The position numbers were made by a program, and so were the translations under genes. The notes below the pieces were generated by a model. That model was not told the DNA's origin and searched no databases. It worked only from the letters and a program-made list of their open reading frames with translations. 31,241 bases of DNA from a virus (Duplodnaviria; Caudoviricetes), in IMG/VR virus record IMGVR_UViG_3300021405_000042, positions 1-31,241 of that record; one strand, given 5' to 3'. Below, in pieces: positions 1-7,940 of this stretch. Position 1 is the first letter of the stretch, and the number at the start of each line of letters is the position of its first letter.

Positions 1-2
1 AG

Positions 3-206
3 GGTCAATCGCTTGGCGATATCCTCCAGCACGCCCTGGATGCACGCAGGGTCGCATGGCCCACTCAGGAGAACTACATCGTCACGGACGTTGAAGGCAA
101 GTTCATGCTGTTCGAAGACGAGGCTCGCCATTTCGTGGAAAGTGCTGTGCTCCTGCGTATTCCACGCCATACCTATCGCGTGTTCAAGGAGGTCTCAGAC
201 CAATGA
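3..206 (+). CDS. Hypothetical protein, 5'-truncated by window edge
   Basis: Open frame from position 3 (GQSLGDILQHALDARR...FKEVSDQ*) whose TGA overlaps the ATG at 203 (ATGA). Confidence 0.65.
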   Translation, partial: GQSLGDILQHALDARRVAWPTQENYIVTDVEGKFMLFEDEARHFVESAVLLRIPRHTYRVFKEVSDQ

Positions 207-775
207 GCCACGACCGAGGTTGCCATTGTGGCAGGGAGAAGATTGAATATTCCTCCTGCGACAATCCGAATTGTACGAAAGTCAACATCTTCTCGTGCAA
301 GCACCGTTGGGCTATCTGGCCCGAGACCGATGGATTGCAAGAGAAATGTGTGTCCTGCGGTGCCTTCAGAGCCACGCCCCTTGTGGATCAATTCTGGAAG
401 GACAAAGGCATGGAAGCCTTCAACGCGATTTGTCCTGATGGTCAGGAACCGCTTGTGAAGGCTCCTGAGCCAGCCACTTCGCCAAGCCCCTCGTTCCCCT
501 TCCTATTCGAAGTGCCCGCTGGAAGCCTCAGAGACGAGCCCCTGAAGGCCATGCTGGCTGAGAGCGAGGAATACACCAATCGCTGCAATGAAGCCCTCTA
601 CGCCACGCGTGAGGCTCTTAAACATGCTGAGCTTGCCGTGCAACTCGCTGCTGAGCGTACCGTGGCCCTCAGGAACGAATTCGTGAGGCGTAGAGCCACC
701 GCAGAGCGTGAGGAACGTGACAGGCAGCACAATGCCTCGTGGAGTGTCCAATACGACAAGATGGGGGATATCTAA
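203..775 (+). CDS. Hypothetical protein with Cys/His-rich putative Zn-binding N-terminus and C-terminal coiled coil
   Basis: AGGAGG at 187-192; CHC, CxxxxC, CKH and CxxC motifs; Ala/Glu/Arg helical C-terminus. Confidence 0.75.
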   Translation: MSHDRGCHCGREKIEYSSCDNPNCTKVNIFSCKHRWAIWPETDGLQEKCVSCGAFRATPLVDQFWKDKGMEAFNAICPDGQEPLVKAPEPATSPSPSFPFLFEVPAGSLRDEPLKAMLAESEEYTNRCNEALYATREALKHAELAVQLAAERTVALRNEFVRRRATAEREERDRQHNASWSVQYDKMGDI

Positions 776-891
776 TGCCTAAGCGTCCTGAGCCTATCCA
801 CACTGGCCCGAGCCTATCCACAGTCCTCATCATGGCGTTGGTCTCATGGGCAGTCGCAGGCATGATCGTGCTCATTGGATTGCACCTATGA
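775..891 (+). CDS. Small single-TM protein (38 aa)
   Basis: TAATG overlap with upstream gene; MPKRPEPIHTGPSLSTVLIMALVSWAVAGMIVLIGLHL; below ORF-track cutoff. Confidence 0.6.
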   Translation: MPKRPEPIHTGPSLSTVLIMALVSWAVAGMIVLIGLHL

Positions 892-995
892 GCCGAGACC
901 AAGCATTCGATATTGGACCACGTTTTGGTCGTACAATTATTCTCGTGGTGGCAATGGTCGCGTTAGCGTGCCTGTTCCTCCACGTTATGAGGTAA
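888..995 (+). CDS. Small single-TM protein (35 aa)
   Basis: ATGA overlap; MSRDQAFDIGPRFGRTIILVVAMVALACLFLHVMR. Confidence 0.6.
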   Translation: MSRDQAFDIGPRFGRTIILVVAMVALACLFLHVMR

Positions 996-1059
996 GTCGT
1001 GTAGCTTTTAAGCCCATGGGGAATGGTGAGAGTTATCCCATGGGGGGCGAGCTATAATA

Positions 1060-1187
1060 TGGCAATGAGCCGAGTCTGTGCAGCCAGTCGCTCACCCCTG
1101 CATGGTAGGACTCTATGTCTAAAAGCACGCAACGTCCAAGCCTGACGATTAACTGGCTCGTGTGGAACGTTACCCACAGCGATGCCA
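1060..1187 (+). ncRNA. Candidate structured non-coding RNA (long irregular hairpin)
   Basis: Nested complementary segments in an intergenic gap, followed by a terminator; family not recognised. Confidence 0.3.
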
Positions 1188-1214
1188 CCCCTTGGCCTCA
1201 GGGCCGAGGGGTTT
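1188..1214 (+). terminator. Rho-independent terminator-like hairpin
   Basis: CCCCTTGGCC-TCAG-GGCCGAGGGG then TTT (10-bp stem with one G.U). Confidence 0.65.
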
Positions 1215-1222
1215 CGTCGTCT

Positions 1223-1230
1223 AATAAATA
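1223..1230 (+). promoter_or_regulatory. T4-type late promoter (AATAAATA) upstream of gp13
   Basis: Matches the T4 gp55 late consensus TATAAATA at 7/8; motif recurs before most structural genes. Confidence 0.8.
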
Positions 1231-1255
1231 CCTCAGTCGCAACTGAGAGATAAAC

Positions 1256-1984
1256 ATGACCGTACCAGCAACAAGAGCAGAATTCGCAGCCTTCATCGTT
1301 CGCCAGTTGACTGGTGGCGTGACAGAGATAAACATATCCGAGCAGGCATTGGATGACGCTATTGATCGTGCCCTCTATTTCTGGCAGGAGTGGCATTACA
1401 ATGGCTCAATGAAGTTCTATTACTCATATCAGCTAACACCAACAGATGTTACCAACAAATATATAACAATGCCTGAGAACATCATTGGTGCTGTACGTAT
1501 ATTCCCAATAGGTCAGGCTATATCATCTGACGCTCTATTCAATATGAGATACCAATTCATTATGAATGACCTCTATTCACTTACCAACGTGTCATTGGTT
1601 CCTTACTATATGACCATGCAGCATATCTCATTGCTTGAGGAAGTGCTCGTTGGTCAGCAGCCTATTAGATATAACCGTCACCAGAACCAGCTATGGATCG
1701 ATGCCGATTGGACCATCATGTGTCCTGGCACGTTCATTGTGGTCGAGTGCCAGCAAGCAATGGACCCAACAGCAGTGCCCGACGTATGGCGTGATCGTTG
1801 GGTGCAGGATTACGCAACAGCATTGCTTGGTCAGGTATGGGGCCGCGTATTATCTAAGTACGATGTTGTTCTGCCTTCAGGCATGAAATTGGATGGCAAG
1901 AAGATACTTGAAGACTCGACGGCAGATGTAAGACGCCTTGAGTCAACAGTGCCAATGATGACCAACGCGGTGTTCATGGCATAA
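1256..1984 (+). CDS. gp13: Neck protein, T4 gp13-like
   Basis: Motifs EINISEQALDDAIDRALYFWQEWHYNGS and W..DYATAL...WG..LSKY..V.LP.G..LDG; synteny. Confidence 0.93.
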   Translation: MTVPATRAEFAAFIVRQLTGGVTEINISEQALDDAIDRALYFWQEWHYNGSMKFYYSYQLTPTDVTNKYITMPENIIGAVRIFPIGQAISSDALFNMRYQFIMNDLYSLTNVSLVPYYMTMQHISLLEEVLVGQQPIRYNRHQNQLWIDADWTIMCPGTFIVVECQQAMDPTAVPDVWRDRWVQDYATALLGQVWGRVLSKYDVVLPSGMKLDGKKILEDSTADVRRLESTVPMMTNAVFMA

Positions 1985-2079
1985 TGGCTATCTTTTTCAC
2001 GTACCCTGACCAAATCATTATCTGTATCCTCGTATTCTGGATGGTCTGTGACCTATTGAACCTACGTAAGAAGACCTAA
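1984..2079 (+). CDS. Small membrane peptide (31 aa) between gp13 and gp14
   Basis: TAATG overlaps at both ends; MAIFFTYPDQIIICILVFWMVCDLLNLRKKT. Confidence 0.7.
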   Translation: MAIFFTYPDQIIICILVFWMVCDLLNLRKKT

Positions 2080-2813
2080 TGACAAACAAATTCTTCAACA
2101 AGTTTCATTTCGGTGGCGAGCAGGCTCTAATCCAGAGCCTAATCACTGAGGCTATTCAGATTTATGGCATTGATGTTATATATGTGCCACGTAATCTGAC
2201 CAACTTCGATCAGCTTTACCTAACAGATGACCAGTCAACATATTCACAAGCTATTAGAACCACTGTGTATTTACAGAGTGTCGATGGTTTCGGCCCACAG
2301 CAGAACATATTCACCAAGTTTGGCCTTGAGATTAGAGACAACATCACCGTATGCATGAGTACACGCATATTCGAGACAGAGATACAACCAATCACCAAGC
2401 AAGAACGACCAATGGAAGGTGACCTAATCTATTTCGATCTGAATAAGAAGGTGTTTCAATGCAAGTTCACCAACAACAAAGAGATATTCTATGAGCTTGG
2501 TAAGCTACCAACGTATCAGATGACATGTGAGTTGTTTGCCTATTCCGATGAGACATTCAATACAGGCGTGCCTGAGATTGATGCTATTCAGACACAGGGC
2601 TCACTCAACATCCTCGATCACAGTATCACTCAGGACAACACAAACAACATCATTACAACAGAAGGTGGCGGACAGATTACACTACCTAACTTTGACGTGC
2701 AGAACGTTGATCCTGTTGCCTGGAATGATGAAGTGCCTAAGTTTGCCAACAACATCATTGATGAGTCCGAGAACAATGCCTTTGGCTTCATCAATGTAAA
2801 CGAGTCACAATAA
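2079..2813 (+). CDS. gp14: Neck protein, T4 gp14-like
   Basis: EQALIQSLITEAIQIYGIDVIYVPR, FTKFGLEIRD, RPMEGDLIYF, CELFAYSDETFNTG; synteny. Confidence 0.93.
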   Translation: MTNKFFNKFHFGGEQALIQSLITEAIQIYGIDVIYVPRNLTNFDQLYLTDDQSTYSQAIRTTVYLQSVDGFGPQQNIFTKFGLEIRDNITVCMSTRIFETEIQPITKQERPMEGDLIYFDLNKKVFQCKFTNNKEIFYELGKLPTYQMTCELFAYSDETFNTGVPEIDAIQTQGSLNILDHSITQDNTNNIITTEGGGQITLPNFDVQNVDPVAWNDEVPKFANNIIDESENNAFGFINVNESQ

Positions 2814-2986
2814 TGGATCGAGTCATATACATAGGTAATAGTGGCGGCATTGCATGTACAACTACCATGCAGCATTGTTTCACTCCAACAAAGGGCTGCA
2901 AATGCACTACATGTGAGAGGAACAGAAAGTCATGGACAGGAAAAGAACGAGAATATGATAAAGTTCAAACGCTTCAAAGGGTTTAA
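2813..2986 (+). CDS. Small Cys-rich protein (57 aa)
   Basis: TAATG overlap with gp14 stop; MDRVIYIGNSGGIACTTTMQHCFTPTKGCKCTTCERNRKS...; CxCxxC motif. Confidence 0.55.
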   Translation: MDRVIYIGNSGGIACTTTMQHCFTPTKGCKCTTCERNRKSWTGKEREYDKVQTLQRV

Positions 2987-4256
2987 GCACAAGACCACAG
3001 ACATTGATAACGTCAATGTCCAAGATGGGGGAGCACCGCAGGCAACTGTCGGTGCCACTGCGTCTATTGGTGAGAGTTTTGGGCAAGAGAAAGTGCATTA
3101 TAATCCATCTATAGGCACAATGAAGAATATAGCTAAGAATAGCCCTTCAAAAACTACTCGATTTAATATTGATCCTGAAGGTCAATGGACAGCAGGTGAT
3201 GCATTTCATCATACACATAGTCAAATGAGTGATGAGATATCAACATCAGGCTTCATTCATCATCATTCTGACGATGATAGCTATACATATCATGTCGATC
3301 CAGCGTCTCACCATCAAACTATAGATCGATTACACAAGTTCAACATACACAAGTCTGATATAACGCCTAAAGAGGCTGACAATATGACAATGGGCGAGCA
3401 ATTAGCCACAGCATGTCAGACACCTAACACCCAATATTCTATTGGTATCAATGATACTGGCGTGACCGCTCAGGCACAGCTACCATTCAAGCTCAAGCTA
3501 TCCAAGAAACAGGCAGATGAGCTTGAGAAGAACATTGAGAATAGCCTCGAATTGATCCTCAAACCATACTTCGTGAAGGAGTCAGGTGAGGATCAAATGC
3601 TTGTTGTGCGTACTAAGCCCACGAAATCATTCATGAAAAAGGCAACAAACGTATCCCCTCAAACTGATAAACATCCTATTGGCACAATTGTGTCAGGTGA
3701 CGGGACCATTGGATTGTCTGAGGAATATGACTATCCCGAGGGTCTGCACGAGAAGCTTGCCAATCACTATAATTACACCCCTGAACATCATGAGACAATG
3801 AAGGATTACACTGACGACTCAAGAGATATCAATGAGCATCTGTGGAATAAGGGATCAGACTCTCACTTAAATCATAAGGTGAATAAGATCGATGAGGTAA
3901 TGAAGGCACATAAAACACCACATGCCATGACTGTCTATTCAGGCGTTGAGCATGATCCTGGCGAGACCGCTCATCACCCTGCTTATATATCCACGTCCCT
4001 CGATCATGAGGTTGCCAAGGGCTTCGCCAATGGCAGTCGAGGCGGTGCCAAGCATATTCTGGCTATCCATGTGCCCGAGGGCCATAGCGGGGCATATGTG
4101 GGCCATACAAGCCACGTGCCAGCCGAAAGAGAGTTTGTCATGCCTCATGGTCTCAACCTGAAACGCAGCCATGTGGACACACAAATGGGCTACTCACGCA
4201 TTTACAAGAGACCGCAGCCAATCCACACTCATCATATGGTGCCCAATGAAGACTAA
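2955..4256 (+). CDS. Multi-domain putative internal head protein with C-terminal VIP2/Alt-like ADP-ribosyltransferase domain (ART-1)
   Basis: Likely start MIKFKRF at 2955; C-terminal Y-T..S..IN..L helix, TVYSG, YISTS, EREF motifs; His-rich; xxE linker sites. Confidence 0.8.
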   Translation: MIKFKRFKGFKHKTTDIDNVNVQDGGAPQATVGATASIGESFGQEKVHYNPSIGTMKNIAKNSPSKTTRFNIDPEGQWTAGDAFHHTHSQMSDEISTSGFIHHHSDDDSYTYHVDPASHHQTIDRLHKFNIHKSDITPKEADNMTMGEQLATACQTPNTQYSIGINDTGVTAQAQLPFKLKLSKKQADELEKNIENSLELILKPYFVKESGEDQMLVVRTKPTKSFMKKATNVSPQTDKHPIGTIVSGDGTIGLSEEYDYPEGLHEKLANHYNYTPEHHETMKDYTDDSRDINEHLWNKGSDSHLNHKVNKIDEVMKAHKTPHAMTVYSGVEHDPGETAHHPAYISTSLDHEVAKGFANGSRGGAKHILAIHVPEGHSGAYVGHTSHVPAEREFVMPHGLNLKRSHVDTQMGYSRIYKRPQPIHTHHMVPNED

Positions 4257-4398
4257 AGCAGAACGACAAGCCACACTCGATAAGCTCCTGAAGAGGATCA
4301 AGCCTGAGGACCAGCCCAAGCCTATCGTGCCAGTCATTACCAAACCCAAGTCCAATATGCCCCCTGAGCTTAGTGCTCTGATCAATCGCTTCGGATAG
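4246..4398 (+). CDS. Small basic/Pro-rich hypothetical protein (50 aa)
   Basis: ATG overlapping end of ART-1; MKTKAERQATLDKLLKRIKP...; stops just before a late promoter. Confidence 0.55.
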   Translation: MKTKAERQATLDKLLKRIKPEDQPKPIVPVITKPKSNMPPELSALINRFG

Positions 4399-4405
4399 CC
4401 TACCC

Positions 4406-4413
4406 AATAAATA
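4406..4413 (+). promoter_or_regulatory. Late promoter upstream of gp15
   Basis: AATAAATA followed by AGGAGG at 4423-4428. Confidence 0.8.
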
Positions 4414-4433
4414 CCTAATCACAGGAGGCTTCC

Positions 4434-5294
4434 ATTCTTTCTAACGACTACTACTATTTCGCATTAATCCGAAAGTACATTAACCTCTTCGGTTCTTGCT
4501 TCAATGATATCATCATTCAACGCTCTAATACGGCGACTGGTAACCTAACTCAAATCATCAACGTGCCATTGAGCTATGCTGAACATGAGAAGATGCTAAC
4601 ACGCGTGCTTGGTGATCCTGCTATTGATCGTAAGGATAGTGTATTATTGCCTCGTATATCCTTCTTCATGGATGGCTTCACATATGCACCCGAGCGTAAG
4701 ATCACTTCGAACCAGAAATATGTAATGCAACAGGCTAATAACTCATTGGGCTTCCAATATGCTGAAGTGCCATGGGACTTTCATTTCTCATTGTGGATAT
4801 ATGTTAAGAACAATGAGGATGCAACCAAGATATTGGAACAGGTTGTACCATTCTTTTCACCCACATATACAGTGAGAGCATTCCTTATTCCAGGCAGACC
4901 AGCAATGGATATCCCGATTACACTTAAAGAGATTACCCATGTGGACAGTCAGAACGAGAACTTCAAGGATAGAGACATATTGGTCTGGGAACTGCACTTC
5001 ACATTGAAGGGAGCATTCTATTGCCCTATCCATCAGGCTAAGCCAATTGATGTAACCACTATCGACTTCTTTGCTGGTGAAGGTCCAGATGAGATTGTGG
5101 TCAACAATCATGCATTCGGTGTCAACAACAACATCATGACACTCGACTCATCAAACACAGTGACATTGGATTTGAGCACAAATACATATCTAACAGTCAA
5201 TGGTGCCGTGACCACTGTAATCCCACCAGCCAATTGGATGTCAAATACAGAGTATGGCACAATAACAACTATCAACCCAGGAGGCGAGTCATGA
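4434..5294 (+). CDS. gp15: Tail sheath stabiliser/terminator, T4 gp15-like (probable ATT start)
   Basis: YYYFALIRKYINLFGSCFNDIII N-terminus in frame upstream of the track start, VPLSYA..EK, LPRISF, ILEQVVPFFSP, W.L.FTLKG. Confidence 0.9.
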   Translation: MLSNDYYYFALIRKYINLFGSCFNDIIIQRSNTATGNLTQIINVPLSYAEHEKMLTRVLGDPAIDRKDSVLLPRISFFMDGFTYAPERKITSNQKYVMQQANNSLGFQYAEVPWDFHFSLWIYVKNNEDATKILEQVVPFFSPTYTVRAFLIPGRPAMDIPITLKEITHVDSQNENFKDRDILVWELHFTLKGAFYCPIHQAKPIDVTTIDFFAGEGPDEIVVNNHAFGVNNNIMTLDSSNTVTLDLSTNTYLTVNGAVTTVIPPANWMSNTEYGTITTINPGGES

Positions 5295-7651
5295 GAAATC
5301 TTAGAGAGATAGCTCCTTATGCTACGCCTTCACATAAGGCTAAGGAAGTAGGCACAAAGGCTCGAACAAAGTTCTTTGCCTCACGCACGCCTGGAGAACA
5401 GGACTTTTCTAATAACTTAGACCCAGACAATCGTGTTGAGTCAGTGACCTTAATTGGTAAGGTCGATCAGGCATTGGATGACCTAAAGAGATTGAAGATC
5501 ATGGATCAGGGCAATGCCAAGCACTATGCGAAGATCAATAGACGCATGGATAAGCTAGAGAATGGTCGTGCTAAGGACTGCGTACATACAGAGATTGCAT
5601 TTGACTGGCCTTCATTCCGTGAATTCCTTAGCGGCATACCTCTAATCGAGGAACAGGTTGAGCTATGGGAAGAGGCAGAATATGAACCAAAGAAGACGGT
5701 GAAGGCATACAAGCTATTCAATGTCAAAGGTGGCAAGCTATATCCTCTATTCGTCAATCACGATAAGGAAGTCCCAATGGGCAAGTGGCTGCACGCTGAT
5801 ATGGGCGGTGCAGACCCAAAGAAGCCCACACATGTCAAATCCAAGCTAGGCCCATTGGCAATGCGTCCTGGCTGGCATAGCGGTGACCTACCAGTGGCAA
5901 CGCACATAGGTGGCAAGAGCCAGCCAGGATTGAATAAGCCTGACCACAGACCCGCTCATCAGGAGTGGGCAGAGGTTGAGCACCCTGCGGATCACGACTG
6001 GCAGTCAGTGGCCAATTCCAGAGGCAAGGGAAAGCACGCACACATTACAGACCAAGTGCCCAATGGCGGACATTACAGATACAAGACCAATCCAAACATG
6101 ACTGGTAATTGGATCATCTCAGGTCAAATGAAAGTCAATCGTATTCTCCCTCATCATGAGGTAGAGGCAATCAATAAGAAGCATGGTACGGCTGACCTAC
6201 CTCGATTGAAGAATGAGGCCGATGATATTCACTTGGTGCCTCATCAGAACAAAGCAGAGAGATTTGAAGTCTATAAGAACCCCTCAACCAAGGATGCACG
6301 AGACTTGGCTAATCATATAGTCAAGACAGGCGGACATCCCACTTATGGTACTGTGAGAACACTGAAGCATGGGACTGACCTATATGCATGGGCAGGCCGC
6401 GATGCAACACATGATCATGTGAAGAAGTCATTAGGTCTTCGCACTAGGGATCATGGGTTTACTGATATCGAAGGAATGAGACAGGCAAAATACAATCTTC
6501 GTAGCGTGCATGATGCGGATTACACTGGTTTCAGTGAGTCAATTAATGAGGTATCAAGAGCTACATTGCTCTCATACATCAACAAAACACAAGACAAGGG
6601 TCGATACTTCTCTGATCCAGATAGATTGGATACACGTTTGAAGTCACACGTAGTGGCTCAGCAGAAAGTAGGACAATCGAAATTCAAGCCTAAGGTAATG
6701 GCAACAAGAGAAGCAGAGAACCCAAAGGACTTCCATACATCACCCCATAAGAAGAAGCGAACACGTGAGATTGATCCAAACAACTATGATGTCTCAACAC
6801 CATTGAGTGAGATATCAGACAATGCTCGCAGAGCTATTGAGCGTATGAGAAATGATCCCAGAACACCTGAGCATGAGAGAGCAGCCGCAGATAGGGCAGC
6901 AAAGGCTCATCCTGTGAAATCATATGCTAACCACTCATGGAATACCAAGAAGCCAGTAAACTACAAGCCGCAAGATGGCAGAACATATAAGCCATGGGCA
7001 GGAGGATCAGTAAAAGAGATGAAGAACCTAAGAGACATTGTGCCAGTGGTTGAGATATCTAATGCCAAGCTTGCCACATACAGAGACGCCGCTGATAAGG
7101 ACTGGTCAGACCAAGGCGATAAGGTCGCAGATGCCAACAAGAACATAGTCTCAATCCCATCAGGCAATCTATCTGCTCGAATGAACCAATATCAGGCTCG
7201 ATCAACTGCCATGAGACGTATGAGCAGAAGAGATAAAGGAATGGCAATGGCTGACCGCAAGGCTGCAATTGATCCCGACAAGAACGATTACGGTATCAAC
7301 AATGAGCAGGTAGTCTCAGGCGGCAATCAACCATATGACACGAACAAGACTGTGAAGGCAAAGGCAGGATATAAGCAAGTCATTGCTCCATTGGGAGACA
7401 CAGGGATCAATGAGATATCAACCAAGCTATTGCAGAAGTATATCAAGAAGTCAGTTCCAAACATGGGAAACAGAGCTTTCAAGCTTGGCCAGGACTCAAT
7501 GGAAAAGAAGCCCATTAAGGACAGCATATCAACTCGCAAGGTAAGAAACAGAGCACAAGGCATAGTCCGTGCATCATCTAACCTCGCATCACGTGATTTC
7601 ACTTATTCACCAAACCCAGAGAAGGACGCAGGAGACCATGAATTCAGATAA
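5291..7651 (+). CDS. Large multi-domain putative internal head polyprotein (786 aa) with LREIAP tag
   Basis: AGGAGG plus ATGA overlap with gp15; starts MRNLREIAP; globular domain AYKLF...RPGWH...YRYKTNPN; repeated xxE-(I/V)S modules. Confidence 0.75.
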   Translation: MRNLREIAPYATPSHKAKEVGTKARTKFFASRTPGEQDFSNNLDPDNRVESVTLIGKVDQALDDLKRLKIMDQGNAKHYAKINRRMDKLENGRAKDCVHTEIAFDWPSFREFLSGIPLIEEQVELWEEAEYEPKKTVKAYKLFNVKGGKLYPLFVNHDKEVPMGKWLHADMGGADPKKPTHVKSKLGPLAMRPGWHSGDLPVATHIGGKSQPGLNKPDHRPAHQEWAEVEHPADHDWQSVANSRGKGKHAHITDQVPNGGHYRYKTNPNMTGNWIISGQMKVNRILPHHEVEAINKKHGTADLPRLKNEADDIHLVPHQNKAERFEVYKNPSTKDARDLANHIVKTGGHPTYGTVRTLKHGTDLYAWAGRDATHDHVKKSLGLRTRDHGFTDIEGMRQAKYNLRSVHDADYTGFSESINEVSRATLLSYINKTQDKGRYFSDPDRLDTRLKSHVVAQQKVGQSKFKPKVMATREAENPKDFHTSPHKKKRTREIDPNNYDVSTPLSEISDNARRAIERMRNDPRTPEHERAAADRAAKAHPVKSYANHSWNTKKPVNYKPQDGRTYKPWAGGSVKEMKNLRDIVPVVEISNAKLATYRDAADKDWSDQGDKVADANKNIVSIPSGNLSARMNQYQARSTAMRRMSRRDKGMAMADRKAAIDPDKNDYGINNEQVVSGGNQPYDTNKTVKAKAGYKQVIAPLGDTGINEISTKLLQKYIKKSVPNMGNRAFKLGQDSMEKKPIKDSISTRKVRNRAQGIVRASSNLASRDFTYSPNPEKDAGDHEFR

Positions 7652-7940
7652 CATCTCAGTCAGTAACTTCATTACCAAATATGTCCCTCAGGAGACAACA
7701 TCAACTGATGTCACCTATAGAGGTATCAACTTCTCATACTCTTACGACTATCAAAGAGATATGTTCAGACAGCATAAGCTTGATGTTGTGCGTATGCTGA
7801 AGGAGTGCATTGATCTTTACATTGATAATGGACTGACCCATCGCCTGATACATCCAATTGACCTATTCTCTTCCCCTGTCATGTTGCTTCAGTGGGAAGT
7901 GCATGGGGATAAGCTAATCACGAAGATGTCCCGTGCCTAA
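7638..7940 (+). CDS. Hypothetical protein (100 aa)
   Basis: AGGAG at 7630-7634 before ATG 7638; overlaps both neighbours. Confidence 0.7.
   Translation: MNSDNISVSNFITKYVPQETTSTDVTYRGINFSYSYDYQRDMFRQHKLDVVRMLKECIDLYIDNGLTHRLIHPIDLFSSPVMLLQWEVHGDKLITKMSRA

Noticed and set aside
790-822. GAGCCTATCCACA direct repeat resembling DnaA boxes
   Set aside because: Only two 8/9 matches, inside a plausible coding peptide, with no adjacent AT-rich unwinding element
1131-1171. Hammerhead ribozyme (CTGACGA core, upstream GTC)
   Set aside because: No stem I can form between GTC and CTGACGA, and the downstream motif is GGAAC rather than GAAAC
2841-2954. N-terminal extension of the 471-aa ORF in the track
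   Set aside because: No RBS at GTG 2841; region better explained by the coupled 2813-2986 ORF and a start at 2955
5234-5290. Track start of the 805-aa ORF
   Set aside because: Lies inside gp15; AGGAGG and ATGA overlap support 5291
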